Positions 45,288-54,004 of a stretch of 64,000 bases of DNA are shown here, piece by piece. This stretch comes from a virus (Duplodnaviria > Heunggongvirae > Uroviricota > Caudoviricetes): the IMG/VR virus record IMGVR_UViG_3300049049_000146, positions 195,216 through 259,215 of that record; one strand, given 5' to 3'. Numbering within the stretch: the first letter of the stretch is position 1; each line of letters opens with the position of its first letter. Both the position numbers and the translations under genes were made by a program. Under the pieces are notes generated by a model, which was given only the letters and a program-made list of their open reading frames with translations, did no database searches and was not told the DNA's origin.

Positions 45288-46170
45288 CGTCAGCGCCCTT
45301 CCAGTATCGCTTGATGAAGCGAACGTCGTGTCCTGATTCACGATAAGGAGAAAAACGGCGCTTCATAACTCGGATGGCCTCGGGGTTCTGATCGATCAGG
45401 ATGAATTTTCGATTGAGGCGCAAAGCCGCCTCACCCGTCGTACCGCTACCCCCGAAGCAATCGAGAACAATCCCACCCACAGGCGAAGAGGCGCGGATGA
45501 TGCGCTCTAGAACGCCGAGAGGCTTCTGTGTGGGATAACCAGTCTTTTCCTTACCAGTAGGACTGACGATTGTGTGCCACCAGCAGGAGGTCGGCAGTTT
45601 ACCCTTTGTCGCCTTGACTGAATCGACCATTCCTGGAGCCATGTAAGGTTCACGGTCGATGTCGTTGATGTTGAAGATATGAGAGCCAAACTGCTTGGCC
45701 CACACCATGATGTTATTGTGCTTTCGAGGCCAACGGTTCTTGGGCTTGGCCCCGTAATCGAAAGCCCAAATGACCTCGTTCATGAAGTTGTCACGCCCGA
45801 AGATGGGGTCTCCCACAAAGACGCGGGCATACGCAGCTTCACGGTCGTCGAGGTGGAGATAGAAAGTGCCGGTGGGCTTGAGAATTCGGTGAATCTCACG
45901 GACTCGCAGATTCAAGAACGCGAGGTACTGGGCCTCGCTCTCGAACGAATCACCATACGAGAGATTCTCACCCAGGTCCTGAACGATGTACTCGTGACCT
46001 CCGAAGCCGATCCGGTCACCGTTCTCTGCCCGAATATACTTAGCCTTGCCGCGCGTGCGCGTCTTCCCCGTATTGAACGGAGGGTCGATGTAGACTAAGT
46101 CTACCGACTCATCCGGGATCATACGAAGAATGTCGAGACTATCTGCGAGGTAAATCTTCCCTGAAGACAT
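45205..46170 (-). CDS. N6-adenine/N4-cytosine DNA methyltransferase (beta class)
   Basis: DPPF, YPTQKP, VLDCFGGSGTT. Confidence 0.93.
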   Translation of the reverse strand: MSSGKIYLADSLDILRMIPDESVDLVYIDPPFNTGKTRTRGKAKYIRAENGDRIGFGGHEYIVQDLGENLSYGDSFESEAQYLAFLNLRVREIHRILKPTGTFYLHLDDREAAYARVFVGDPIFGRDNFMNEVIWAFDYGAKPKNRWPRKHNNIMVWAKQFGSHIFNINDIDREPYMAPGMVDSVKATKGKLPTSCWWHTIVSPTGKEKTGYPTQKPLGVLERIIRASSPVGGIVLDCFGGSGTTGEAALRLNRKFILIDQNPEAIRVMKRRFSPYRESGHDVRFIKRYWKGADDADAGRDDAGAAGSGDPASDSGVRDAV

Positions 46171-46179
46171 CCGTAATCC

Positions 46180-47220
46180 TTAAATCACTTTGACGCGCAC
46201 AGACCAAGTCTTGATGATCTTAGGACCGCTCGCGATACCTGGCGTGTAGTCCATCAGATGGAGATTGAACGTACCTGGGCGCTTTGGAATAAGCTTACAG
46301 CCATCCAATCGAGCGATACGCGGGTTGTCGATCACGAACCGAGATTTCGCTGGAACCCACGGAGCGTCGATCACCGCGTGTTGGTTCAGCTGAATTTCGG
46401 CGGGGACACGGATCGAGTCAATCGACGGGTACGTAGTTGAGATAGGAACTACGTCTCCGGTCTCCAGACTGAATCGAATGGGGTCCGTCCCCTCGTACCA
46501 AGCACTAATCTGATGCAGTTCTGGCTGCACCTGCTTATCAAAGCCGAGGCGGATGAGTCCCTCGAAGGTCAAGTCGAGTGAAATCGACGTTGACCACATG
46601 ATGTCCTTCGAGTCGCCCTCCATGTTCCTGTGCTCCAACCCACTGGGCTGGAACGTCAAGGGGAGGCGCACCTCCCACTTGTCTTCGGGACGATTGCTGC
46701 GAATCGTGTGTGACTTGTTGAAGTGCGTCAGCGGGCCGAAGATGTAGACGAGTAGATCTCGAATGTCTGCGCAAGTAGTCTCGTCCTGCGCAGCGATGTG
46801 AAGCTCCATGGGGATGTTGGCTAGCATCGCCAACTCTACGCTGGACGTCGAGCGGTCAATCGGCCAAGAGCCGGTCAACCCACCGAGACCTGGCATCACA
46901 TACTCGAACCCGGAATCGACGAGGATGATGCACGGCAGCATCTGCTTCAGGTCACGCCAATAGCGCGAAAGCTGTACCTCGATAACTGTAGGGTCGTCCT
47001 TATCCTTAGCACCAGAAATTCGCGTCTCGAACTGAACAGAAAATCCTGCAGTCAGCTTAAGCTGCTGGCGCAGGTTTCCGGTAGGAGCGAAGTATCGCTC
47101 CAGGTATGACTGAAGCGCGGACTTGACCGTCTGCGTAACACGGGCTTCAGCGTCACGCGCAACGCTTTCGCGTTTCGTGCGCGGAATACTGCTAAAGATG
47201 TACTCTTCGGGTTTGTCCAT
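46180..47220 (-). CDS. hypothetical structural protein (neck/tail terminator-like?)
   Basis: 346-aa ORF, Ig-like C-terminus; function inferred from context. Confidence 0.55.
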   Translation of the reverse strand: MDKPEEYIFSSIPRTKRESVARDAEARVTQTVKSALQSYLERYFAPTGNLRQQLKLTAGFSVQFETRISGAKDKDDPTVIEVQLSRYWRDLKQMLPCIILVDSGFEYVMPGLGGLTGSWPIDRSTSSVELAMLANIPMELHIAAQDETTCADIRDLLVYIFGPLTHFNKSHTIRSNRPEDKWEVRLPLTFQPSGLEHRNMEGDSKDIMWSTSISLDLTFEGLIRLGFDKQVQPELHQISAWYEGTDPIRFSLETGDVVPISTTYPSIDSIRVPAEIQLNQHAVIDAPWVPAKSRFVIDNPRIARLDGCKLIPKRPGTFNLHLMDYTPGIASGPKIIKTWSVRVKVI

Positions 47221-47258
47221 CTTCCTAAGATAAGACGCAATTTTAGGCCATTAAGCGC

Positions 47259-47293
47259 GGAAAGGGGCCAGGCACTACGCCGGGCCCCTTTCC
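47259..47293 (-). terminator. intrinsic terminator
   Basis: GGAAAGGGGCC/GGCCCCTTTCC inverted repeat. Confidence 0.65.
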
Positions 47294-47295
47294 TC

Positions 47296-47775
47296 TTATT
47301 TCTTCTGCTGATCCTGGAGGAACTCCCGTTCCTCTGCCTCGATCGTTGCCAGGAAGTCGAGAAGCTTTTCTGGTTGATTTGCGATGTCTCGCGGAACTGG
47401 CTTGCGGCCAAGGTACGCTACGTCATCAACAGACGCGTACATCGCATGTCCCCGAGTGCCAGGGTGATCAATCAGGAAGTGCGTGATCTCTGGACGTTCC
47501 TTTCGAACCTGACGAGCGATTCGAATAAGTCCGGCCTGGATCACCTCACGGGTCTGGTCGTCTGTTCGCCGAGGAAGTTCGATGATGTTCTCGACGGCGT
47601 CGGGCTGCCGCAAATAACAGTAGCGCTTTGCGGCAGCCTCAGACGTAAACAGTAAGACCACATAGTTCCCGCTGTCGAGGAGTTCGACAGCTGGAATTCC
47701 GCCGTTCTTTTCGCTGATGACGAAAAGAGGCCCGTTGAGGGGAACGTACTTCGACTCTTCTTCCTGTGGTGGCAT
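47296..47775 (-). CDS. hypothetical protein
   Basis: 159-aa ORF. Confidence 0.65.
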   Translation of the reverse strand: MPPQEEESKYVPLNGPLFVISEKNGGIPAVELLDSGNYVVLLFTSEAAAKRYCYLRQPDAVENIIELPRRTDDQTREVIQAGLIRIARQVRKERPEITHFLIDHPGTRGHAMYASVDDVAYLGRKPVPRDIANQPEKLLDFLATIEAEEREFLQDQQKK

Positions 47776-47786
47776 ACGCGTGGAGG

Positions 47787-48545
47787 CTAAGTTACGTCAC
47801 CCGCATAGTCAAGCAGCCGGTCGTACCACCTACGAACGTTGTGGTAGTACGCGTAGTTGAACCGGCTGGGGCTGTTGTGCTGCACCCAGTAGCCGTCAGC
47901 ACACGGTACGCTGTACCTGAGAACCCGACCACTCGACCACGTGTGAACGCCTCTGTATACAGTTACAGAATCGCACTGCCTCCGGTAATTCACCATCGAA
48001 CGCGCCAGGATTCGAATACTGGTGCGGGCGTCCATCAGTTCGGCAGGGTCGCGAATCTCGAATTGACCCACCATGCCCGGCCATCGGAACTGAGCAAGGC
48101 CAAAATCGGCCGTACCCACCTGATACTGTGCGCGCAGCCGGCGACTCGTAAGGATCCTTACGATATCGCGTTCGCGCATGTCTCTGCCTTCAGAACTAAA
48201 CTGCTGTCTCACCTCCGCCCATTCGGTGCCGCTGACTGCGCACCGATTGAAAGAACTTTCCTGCATGATGATCGACGCGGCGACCCACGGACTGAACGCG
48301 GCGTCCTGATTGTACTCCTCGATGAGATATTCGGCGTACTGGCGAGCGCGAAGCGCAGCTTCCTCATCACGGATCTGCGTTCCACATTCTCTCCAGGCGA
48401 GATTTCCACGTTCACCAGTCTTCAGCCGCAGAATCGCTGCTCCCAGAACGTCGACCGTAAGCGGAGGCTCGTCCGCTGCGGCTACGCTCGCGACCTGGCT
48501 GATGATGAGGAAAATGATCAGTCCCAGATACGTATGCTTCTTCAT
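47787..48545 (-). CDS. secreted lytic transglycosylase (SLT-like)
   Basis: Signal peptide; II.QESSFN and DFGLAQ motifs. Confidence 0.75.
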   Translation of the reverse strand: MKKHTYLGLIIFLIISQVASVAAADEPPLTVDVLGAAILRLKTGERGNLAWRECGTQIRDEEAALRARQYAEYLIEEYNQDAAFSPWVAASIIMQESSFNRCAVSGTEWAEVRQQFSSEGRDMRERDIVRILTSRRLRAQYQVGTADFGLAQFRWPGMVGQFEIRDPAELMDARTSIRILARSMVNYRRQCDSVTVYRGVHTWSSGRVLRYSVPCADGYWVQHNSPSRFNYAYYHNVRRWYDRLLDYAGDVT

Positions 48546-48678
48546 TGTGTCTCCATTACCAGGCACACAACTGCATCCAGACGAATTACGGATTGTCATT
48601 CGACGCTCCGGACCATCGGCTAGAAAACCCGGCTTCTTTTCTCCTTCTCGCCCGCGGACCTATTTCCGCGCGACGTTC

Positions 48679-48714
48679 AAAACGAACGAGGGGCGGGACA
48701 TAGCCCACCCCTCG
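48679..48714 (-). terminator. intrinsic terminator
   Basis: CGAGGGGTGGG/CCCGCCCCTCG stem followed by TTCGTTTT. Confidence 0.75.
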
Positions 48715-48738
48715 AACTCTGTCCAGTCTTGATGTAGT

Positions 48739-49002
48739 TCAGGTGCCTACAGCGCGGCCGTCCTTCACGGTCTGCAGCTGGGCGTAGGCCCCGCGGGGCT
48801 GAGCGACGGCCTCCAGAAGCTCCGGGGTCGTCGCCATCGTGAGCGCGTAGGTCGAGGCCTTGTTCTTCTGGGTGGCGTCAGCGTAATGAGCAACGGTCTT
48901 CTGTTGCATCGCGCGCAGACGACGATAAGCGACAACAAGAAAAACGAAGCCTAGAACTTCAACGAAGCCGATGACAAACAGTGCGGACATATCAGCCTCC
49001 AA
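48739..49002 (-). CDS. small single-TM protein (holin/spanin-like candidate)
   Basis: One TM segment plus basic residues, directly after the amidase. Confidence 0.5.
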   Translation of the reverse strand: MEADMSALFVIGFVEVLGFVFLVVAYRRLRAMQQKTVAHYADATQKNKASTYALTMATTPELLEAVAQPRGAYAQLQTVKDGRAVGT

Positions 49003-49750
49003 CCGGAACGAGTTGGTAACCGTGGCTCAGGCACTTTCGCACGAGAAGCAAGCCCGCGTCACGCTTCTGCGTGTTCGGGTCATGCATGTGCTCGACAATT
49101 CCACCGGTCCAGCTTCTTAGCTGCTTCACCGTAAAGCGTGAAGTCTTCAACTGACCATTAGGGTCTGCTGGGACCGAACGCGGGATGCTCACCTTACCAT
49201 TGGTGAAGTTTCGAACGAGGTCACTGCTAAGGAGGTCGCAAAGGTCAAGCCACGCCTGATACTGACCGGGGTAGAAATCAAGAGTCTCGATCTTCTTCCC
49301 TAGCTGCTCTGCGATCACCTTATTGCGGGGGCGCTTACCAACGAGCGCCTTAGGCTCAGCAGCGTTTACGATTTCGACGCCAAGCGTCTTATCGTTCATC
49401 GTCTTGCTGCCGACGTGTGTACACCTTGTACTCACAATGTCGGCTACCTGCCAGACCTTGGCTCTCGCGTCTGTCGGACCGCACGCCCCGATGAGGAAGT
49501 GAAAGCTCACCTTCATCGGCTTGTTAGGGTCCTTCTTCGACTTACGTGCCTTCGTCCCCCTCACTACGAAGGGACCGTCATCGTCGAAGGTATTTAGTCC
49601 CGCCTCACCAGCGGTCCAATGTCCCGTAATGCCGACAATCGTCCCCTTTTGGGGGTCCGCGCCGTGGTCCGTTGGTGCCCACCAGGCGTTGGGATCGTGG
49701 ATGATCCACTCGGTGCCTGGAACTTCTTTGCCGTTCGCAATGAGTGCCAT
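48992..49750 (-). CDS. N-acetylmuramoyl-L-alanine amidase (endolysin)
   Basis: HWTAG, SFHFLI, HVG...N..TLGVE, EH......K.D.G. Confidence 0.8.
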   Translation of the reverse strand: MALIANGKEVPGTEWIIHDPNAWWAPTDHGADPQKGTIVGITGHWTAGEAGLNTFDDDGPFVVRGTKARKSKKDPNKPMKVSFHFLIGACGPTDARAKVWQVADIVSTRCTHVGSKTMNDKTLGVEIVNAAEPKALVGKRPRNKVIAEQLGKKIETLDFYPGQYQAWLDLCDLLSSDLVRNFTNGKVSIPRSVPADPNGQLKTSRFTVKQLRSWTGGIVEHMHDPNTQKRDAGLLLVRKCLSHGYQLVPVGG

Positions 49751-49783
49751 GCCCTGACATAACCAGGGCATGGCCTCAATTTC

Positions 49784-50383
49784 TCAGTAGGTGCCCAGAC
49801 CGAACATGTGAAGGACTTCGTCGGTCCTCGCGTCAAGGCGGCTCTCACGAACAACACGAAGCACAGGGGCACTCGTACCAAACGCAGAAGCCGCAGCAGT
49901 GCTCGCCGAAGAACCCCAACGACGGTTGACCAGCGCCTCAAGCACAAGCTCGTGCAGAAGATGGTAAGAACGATCGTGAAGGCGAGCAGCGTCGTCTCCC
50001 GTGTTCTGGAACGACCGCATCGGGCAATAGAAGACATGCGTGTAAACGCTGTTGCCCTTCTCGATCAAATCAATGTACGCCTGGTCGACGGTCGAATGGC
50101 TGTGGATCAGCGTGTACGCCATATTGTCGTAGTGCGTACGGTCCGTCACGAAGCTACGGTGCTCCGATTCCCATGCAATCTTACTGGTCACAAGGCGCGT
50201 CTGGAATTCAGCGCGCTTGCCTGCCTGATCAACGTCGTATGGGGAATTGAATCCCATCTGCTTCGCGACTTCGCGCGAGCCAACGTTGCACATCGGAATC
50301 TTCAGTACGTCAGAGACAATCTTGGCAAGCGTGCTCTTGCCAGTACCCGAAGCTCCGCAGAATGCAACACGATATTCCGTCAT
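49784..50383 (-). CDS. P-loop nucleotide kinase (AAA_28/dNMP kinase-like)
   Basis: GASGTGKST, FVTDR. Confidence 0.8.
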   Translation of the reverse strand: MTEYRVAFCGASGTGKSTLAKIVSDVLKIPMCNVGSREVAKQMGFNSPYDVDQAGKRAEFQTRLVTSKIAWESEHRSFVTDRTHYDNMAYTLIHSHSTVDQAYIDLIEKGNSVYTHVFYCPMRSFQNTGDDAARLHDRSYHLLHELVLEALVNRRWGSSASTAAASAFGTSAPVLRVVRESRLDARTDEVLHMFGLGTY

Positions 50384-50393
50384 CGTTCGTCCT

Positions 50394-52556
50394 TTAGTCG
50401 AGAGGCCAGGCTGCCTCAAGCTCGCCGTTCTTCAGCAGCGTGCGGGAGGCAGAAAGGTCCAGAATGTCCTTCTTGCCACCCTTTACAAGGACGAAGTTCC
50501 TCTGACCCAGAACGAACACACCCTCAGCCTCGAAGGTGCCCCTAAGCTTCGAACCGTCGGCCGCGTAGACGCCACCCTGAGCAGGTACGCGTACCGCACG
50601 GACGACCGTCGCGTCAGAATCCATCTCCCTGGTCGGGAATACCTTCATGCCCTTCACGAAGGTACGCGTGCCCTTCAGGCTCTCGTACTTCAGGAGCGTT
50701 CCCGTATTCTCGTCAGTCAGTAGGAGCAATGAATCGCCCGCCGAGAGGCCCGCGGCAGACGTCAGCTGAGTGGCTCCGCGCATGACGTTGTAAGACGTCT
50801 TGGACGGAGGGTGCTCCAACGTCACGATCTTACCAGTATCGTCTACCGCAACGAGAATCGTCGACCCGTCGCCAACGAGACCCACAATGTCCTTAGGCCC
50901 CTGGTGCTCGGAGAAATAGGAGGTCTGCAGCGACTCCGCGTTGTTGTTCACGTAAACGACAGTGACCGAAGAGCGCGCCCTAGTGACGAAGTCGAACTTA
51001 TTGCGGCGGTCGACCTCACCAGCGAGGCGCGACACCTTCGACCCTTGCGCAATCACCCACTTCTCGGTCTCTTCAATTTCGATCGAAGCAGGAGCCGCGT
51101 CCGCGAACTGCATCTTTCTCTCGTCAGAGAAGGCGACGATCTCCTTGAGATGCTTCAGAATCACACCGTCGACATCCTGAAGATCTGCCTCGATCTGCTG
51201 AATCTCAGCTTCGATGCTTTCGATCTCGGAGCGCTGCCCTTGTTCATTCCTGCGGGCCAGTTGCTGGACCTTCATCTCAAGAATGACGTTGGCCTGCGTT
51301 TCGGAGATGCCGAGCTTCTCCGCAAGAGCCGCCCGCATTTGGTCAGTCGATTCGTACTTCCGACTGTTCTTCAACACGTCAGTGACGGCATCGAGATTCA
51401 GGATCGCAGCAAGAATTGCCTTGGCCTTGAGCAAGCGAGCCTTGGCGAGAGTCATTTCGCGCTTGAGGCGCTTGCGCTCGACATCGCGACGAAAGTCTAG
51501 GAATTCCTGGAACAGCTTGAACAGTCCGCCACTGAATAGCGTTTCACTGCTAAGCGACGAATCGTCGGCGCGACGCACTACGTAGAAACTGTACGCCTGC
51601 GACGTGTTCAGTTCAGGAAGAATCCTGTCACGGAAAACCACACCGTCGCGGAAGGCAACGAGGACACGAATCTGATTTCCGGCGCTGGTGTCGCTGCAGT
51701 AGTCGATCAATCCGTTGTCGGACAGATCCTTCATCTTCTCAAGAAAACGCTCTAGAGAAAATCCGGGTGCGAGACTCTTCAACACGAGCAGCTGTCTGCC
51801 TGCGTCGTCCGTTTCCAACGCGTAGTCACAGCGGTATTTGAGAGTACCCTGCCCCGTCTCGTAGAGGGCGTGGATCTCCTCCGGCGTCGAGGTGATGAGC
51901 CCCTGCGCGTAGTCCGGACCGAGCAGGTGCTTCATCGCACCACGAACGGTCGGGCTCTCCTTACGCATGTAGTAAGCGAGAGCGCGAATAAGCTCACGCA
52001 GGTTGTGCGGAGGTATAGACGCTCGGAGCCCTACACCAATACCCTCGGAGCCGTTCAAAAGCAGCAGAGGAATTCGAGACGGAAGAACGAGCGGCTCATC
52101 ACGATCACCGCTGTAGTTCTTGACCATCTGCGCAACGTCAATGTCCTTGAAGACATGTTGCGCAAACGGAGTGAGACGCGCCTCAGTATACCTGTCCGCA
52201 GCGGCGTTATCGGTCGGGCCCCCGTAGTTACCGTACCCCTCAACGAGGGGATAACGGGCCCAGACCATGTTCACCATCGTCTGGTAGATCGCGGTGTTCC
52301 CGTGCGGATGGTAGTTGCCCATCGCATCACCGACGATCTTCGCACTCTTCTTGAAGCCGTTTCCGAACTGCTTGTACAGTTCGTACATGGCCCAAAGAAT
52401 TCTACGCTGTACAGGCTTGAGGCCGTCTCGTGCGTCTGCGACTGCGCGATCCATAAGAACGTACGTGCCGTACGTGCTCATGGCGTCCTTCGAATAATCT
52501 GCGAGCGAGATAGGGGTAATCTCGCCGGTCTCCTGGGACCGCTTCGCCTTCGCCAT
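50394..52556 (-). CDS. type IIA topoisomerase subunit A (GyrA/ParC-like)
   Basis: DGLKPVQRR, YHPHG, AADRYTEARL, IPPHNL. Confidence 0.95.
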   Translation of the reverse strand: MAKAKRSQETGEITPISLADYSKDAMSTYGTYVLMDRAVADARDGLKPVQRRILWAMYELYKQFGNGFKKSAKIVGDAMGNYHPHGNTAIYQTMVNMVWARYPLVEGYGNYGGPTDNAAADRYTEARLTPFAQHVFKDIDVAQMVKNYSGDRDEPLVLPSRIPLLLLNGSEGIGVGLRASIPPHNLRELIRALAYYMRKESPTVRGAMKHLLGPDYAQGLITSTPEEIHALYETGQGTLKYRCDYALETDDAGRQLLVLKSLAPGFSLERFLEKMKDLSDNGLIDYCSDTSAGNQIRVLVAFRDGVVFRDRILPELNTSQAYSFYVVRRADDSSLSSETLFSGGLFKLFQEFLDFRRDVERKRLKREMTLAKARLLKAKAILAAILNLDAVTDVLKNSRKYESTDQMRAALAEKLGISETQANVILEMKVQQLARRNEQGQRSEIESIEAEIQQIEADLQDVDGVILKHLKEIVAFSDERKMQFADAAPASIEIEETEKWVIAQGSKVSRLAGEVDRRNKFDFVTRARSSVTVVYVNNNAESLQTSYFSEHQGPKDIVGLVGDGSTILVAVDDTGKIVTLEHPPSKTSYNVMRGATQLTSAAGLSAGDSLLLLTDENTGTLLKYESLKGTRTFVKGMKVFPTREMDSDATVVRAVRVPAQGGVYAADGSKLRGTFEAEGVFVLGQRNFVLVKGGKKDILDLSASRTLLKNGELEAAWPLD

Positions 52557-52577
52557 CTAAACCTCGAATGAAAGTAG

Positions 52578-52651
52578 CAGGAGCGGAAGGACTCGAACCT
52601 TCGACCCGCAGATTAGAAATCTGCCGCTCTATCCAGCTGAGCTACGCCCCC
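52578..52651 (-). tRNA. tRNA-Arg(TCT)
   Basis: Loop TTTCTAA. Confidence 0.94.
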
Positions 52652-52671
52652 GTGCACGCCATCCGAAGCGA

Positions 52672-52744
52672 AGCTGATGAAGGGACTTGAACCCATAACC
52701 GCCGGTTTACAAAACCGATGCTCTACCAATTGAGCTACATCAGC
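52672..52744 (-). tRNA. tRNA-Thr(TGT)
   Basis: Loop TTTGTAA. Confidence 0.94.
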
Positions 52745-53072
52745 GCATCGGCGCGAAGAGACTCCAGTCGAAATCCTCAGGAAGACACTGGGCTTCGAGC
52801 CAATACTCGTGCATAGCATCAATTAGAGAATTGGTCAAGTTGGTCCAACCGACATGACCAGCCACAGCGATCCTACCGCACTTCGGACAGACCGCGCTCT
52901 TGTCCTCCCACGCGACGATGTCGAAAGGCGTAAACCTTTCGCGGCACGCAAGACAAACACAACGAGGACTTCCAAGAATCGCAGTAGCGTTATGCCTGGT
53001 GAACTCTTTGAAGGCGTTCTGCATCGCCTGCTTCATCAGGACATACTCATCGATCTCAAGCAGCGTCGTCAT
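52740..53072 (-). CDS. Zn-ribbon hypothetical protein
   Basis: C.C..C...F....I..W.D..A.CP.CG. Confidence 0.7.
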   Translation of the reverse strand: MTTLLEIDEYVLMKQAMQNAFKEFTRHNATAILGSPRCVCLACRERFTPFDIVAWEDKSAVCPKCGRIAVAGHVGWTNLTNSLIDAMHEYWLEAQCLPEDFDWSLFAPMR

Positions 53073-53082
53073 GGCACCCTCC

Positions 53083-53514
53083 TCAACTCTTAGTATCGGT
53101 GGAGTTTGCCCTTACTACTTCGATAGAGAGGTTCGTCATCACCCACGAGCGCTGCACGACGCTGAAGAACTGCTCGGGACCAACATCTTCGAGCGTACGC
53201 TGAAGCGAGCGCGGGAGGCCGAACAAAAGCTCCCGCGTAAACTCGTCCTGAGCGATCGTAGTGGGACTGGCGACGAACGCGAAACCCATCCGGCGCCCCT
53301 CCACGTAAACGTACATGAGGGGCACGGACGGCACGTCGTAGCGAATGTCAGAGCAAAAACGGACCAACCCGACGGTGGTGGTCTTACTCGGAGTAAAGTT
53401 CTCGAAGGAGGTTGCGGTCATGATCTGAGATCCAAAGGCGACTAATTCTGTCTTCATCAGGTACGACAGTTGGGAACATCGCCGATCCTTCCCAATCATC
53501 GTGTGCCAGTCCAA
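53083..53514 (-). CDS. hypothetical protein (start uncertain)
   Basis: ORF filling the gap, 5' part overlaps the matrixin gene. Confidence 0.5.
   Translation of the reverse strand: MDWHTMIGKDRRCSQLSYLMKTELVAFGSQIMTATSFENFTPSKTTTVGLVRFCSDIRYDVPSVPLMYVYVEGRRMGFAFVASPTTIAQDEFTRELLFGLPRSLQRTLEDVGPEQFFSVVQRSWVMTNLSIEVVRANSTDTKS
53090..53109 (-). promoter_or_regulatory. recurrent promoter-like motif, copy 5
   Basis: GCAAACTCCACCGATACTAA upstream of GAGGAGG RBS. Confidence 0.55.
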
Positions 53515-53998
53515 GGCAGTGACCCATCTCGTGAGTCAACACCTTGTCGAGCATTTCAACGGTCCCTGTGTTCCACGTACGGGCTTCGCACGAGAGCACA
53601 CCACCGTGACGGAAATGAAGAGCATCCCCATTCGCGTCACCCATGCGGGTACCGACCTCAGCAGCAACACCCACACGAACGACGATGTCCGCGTGGTCAT
53701 CTGCCATCTCTAGAGCAGTGAAACCAAGGCGACTGTTTACAAGATCGACAACGGAACGTGTCTGACGCTCCGCGTCTTCTCCATTTTCAGAGATAGCGCG
53801 AACCTGAAGGGGAAACTGACTACGGTCCCACTTCACTTCCTCGCACTGCCCTTCGTAGTCGTACTCTCCGCTGCCATTGACGCAGCCGGAAAGTAGACCC
53901 GCCTCTGTATGAGTCATCACGCCGTACACAATGCCAATGATGGCACCGACAGTGATTAGTCCGGCGATTACATACGTTACTACGTCACGCGTCTTCAT
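53384..53998 (-). CDS. matrixin-like (M10) membrane-anchored metalloprotease
   Basis: N-terminal TM; HEMGHCLGLAH and Met-turn SAM. Confidence 0.88.
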   Translation of the reverse strand: MKTRDVVTYVIAGLITVGAIIGIVYGVMTHTEAGLLSGCVNGSGEYDYEGQCEEVKWDRSQFPLQVRAISENGEDAERQTRSVVDLVNSRLGFTALEMADDHADIVVRVGVAAEVGTRMGDANGDALHFRHGGVLSCEARTWNTGTVEMLDKVLTHEMGHCLGLAHDDWEGSAMFPTVVPDEDRISRLWISDHDRNLLRELYSE

Positions 53999-54004
53999 TG
54001 AGCC

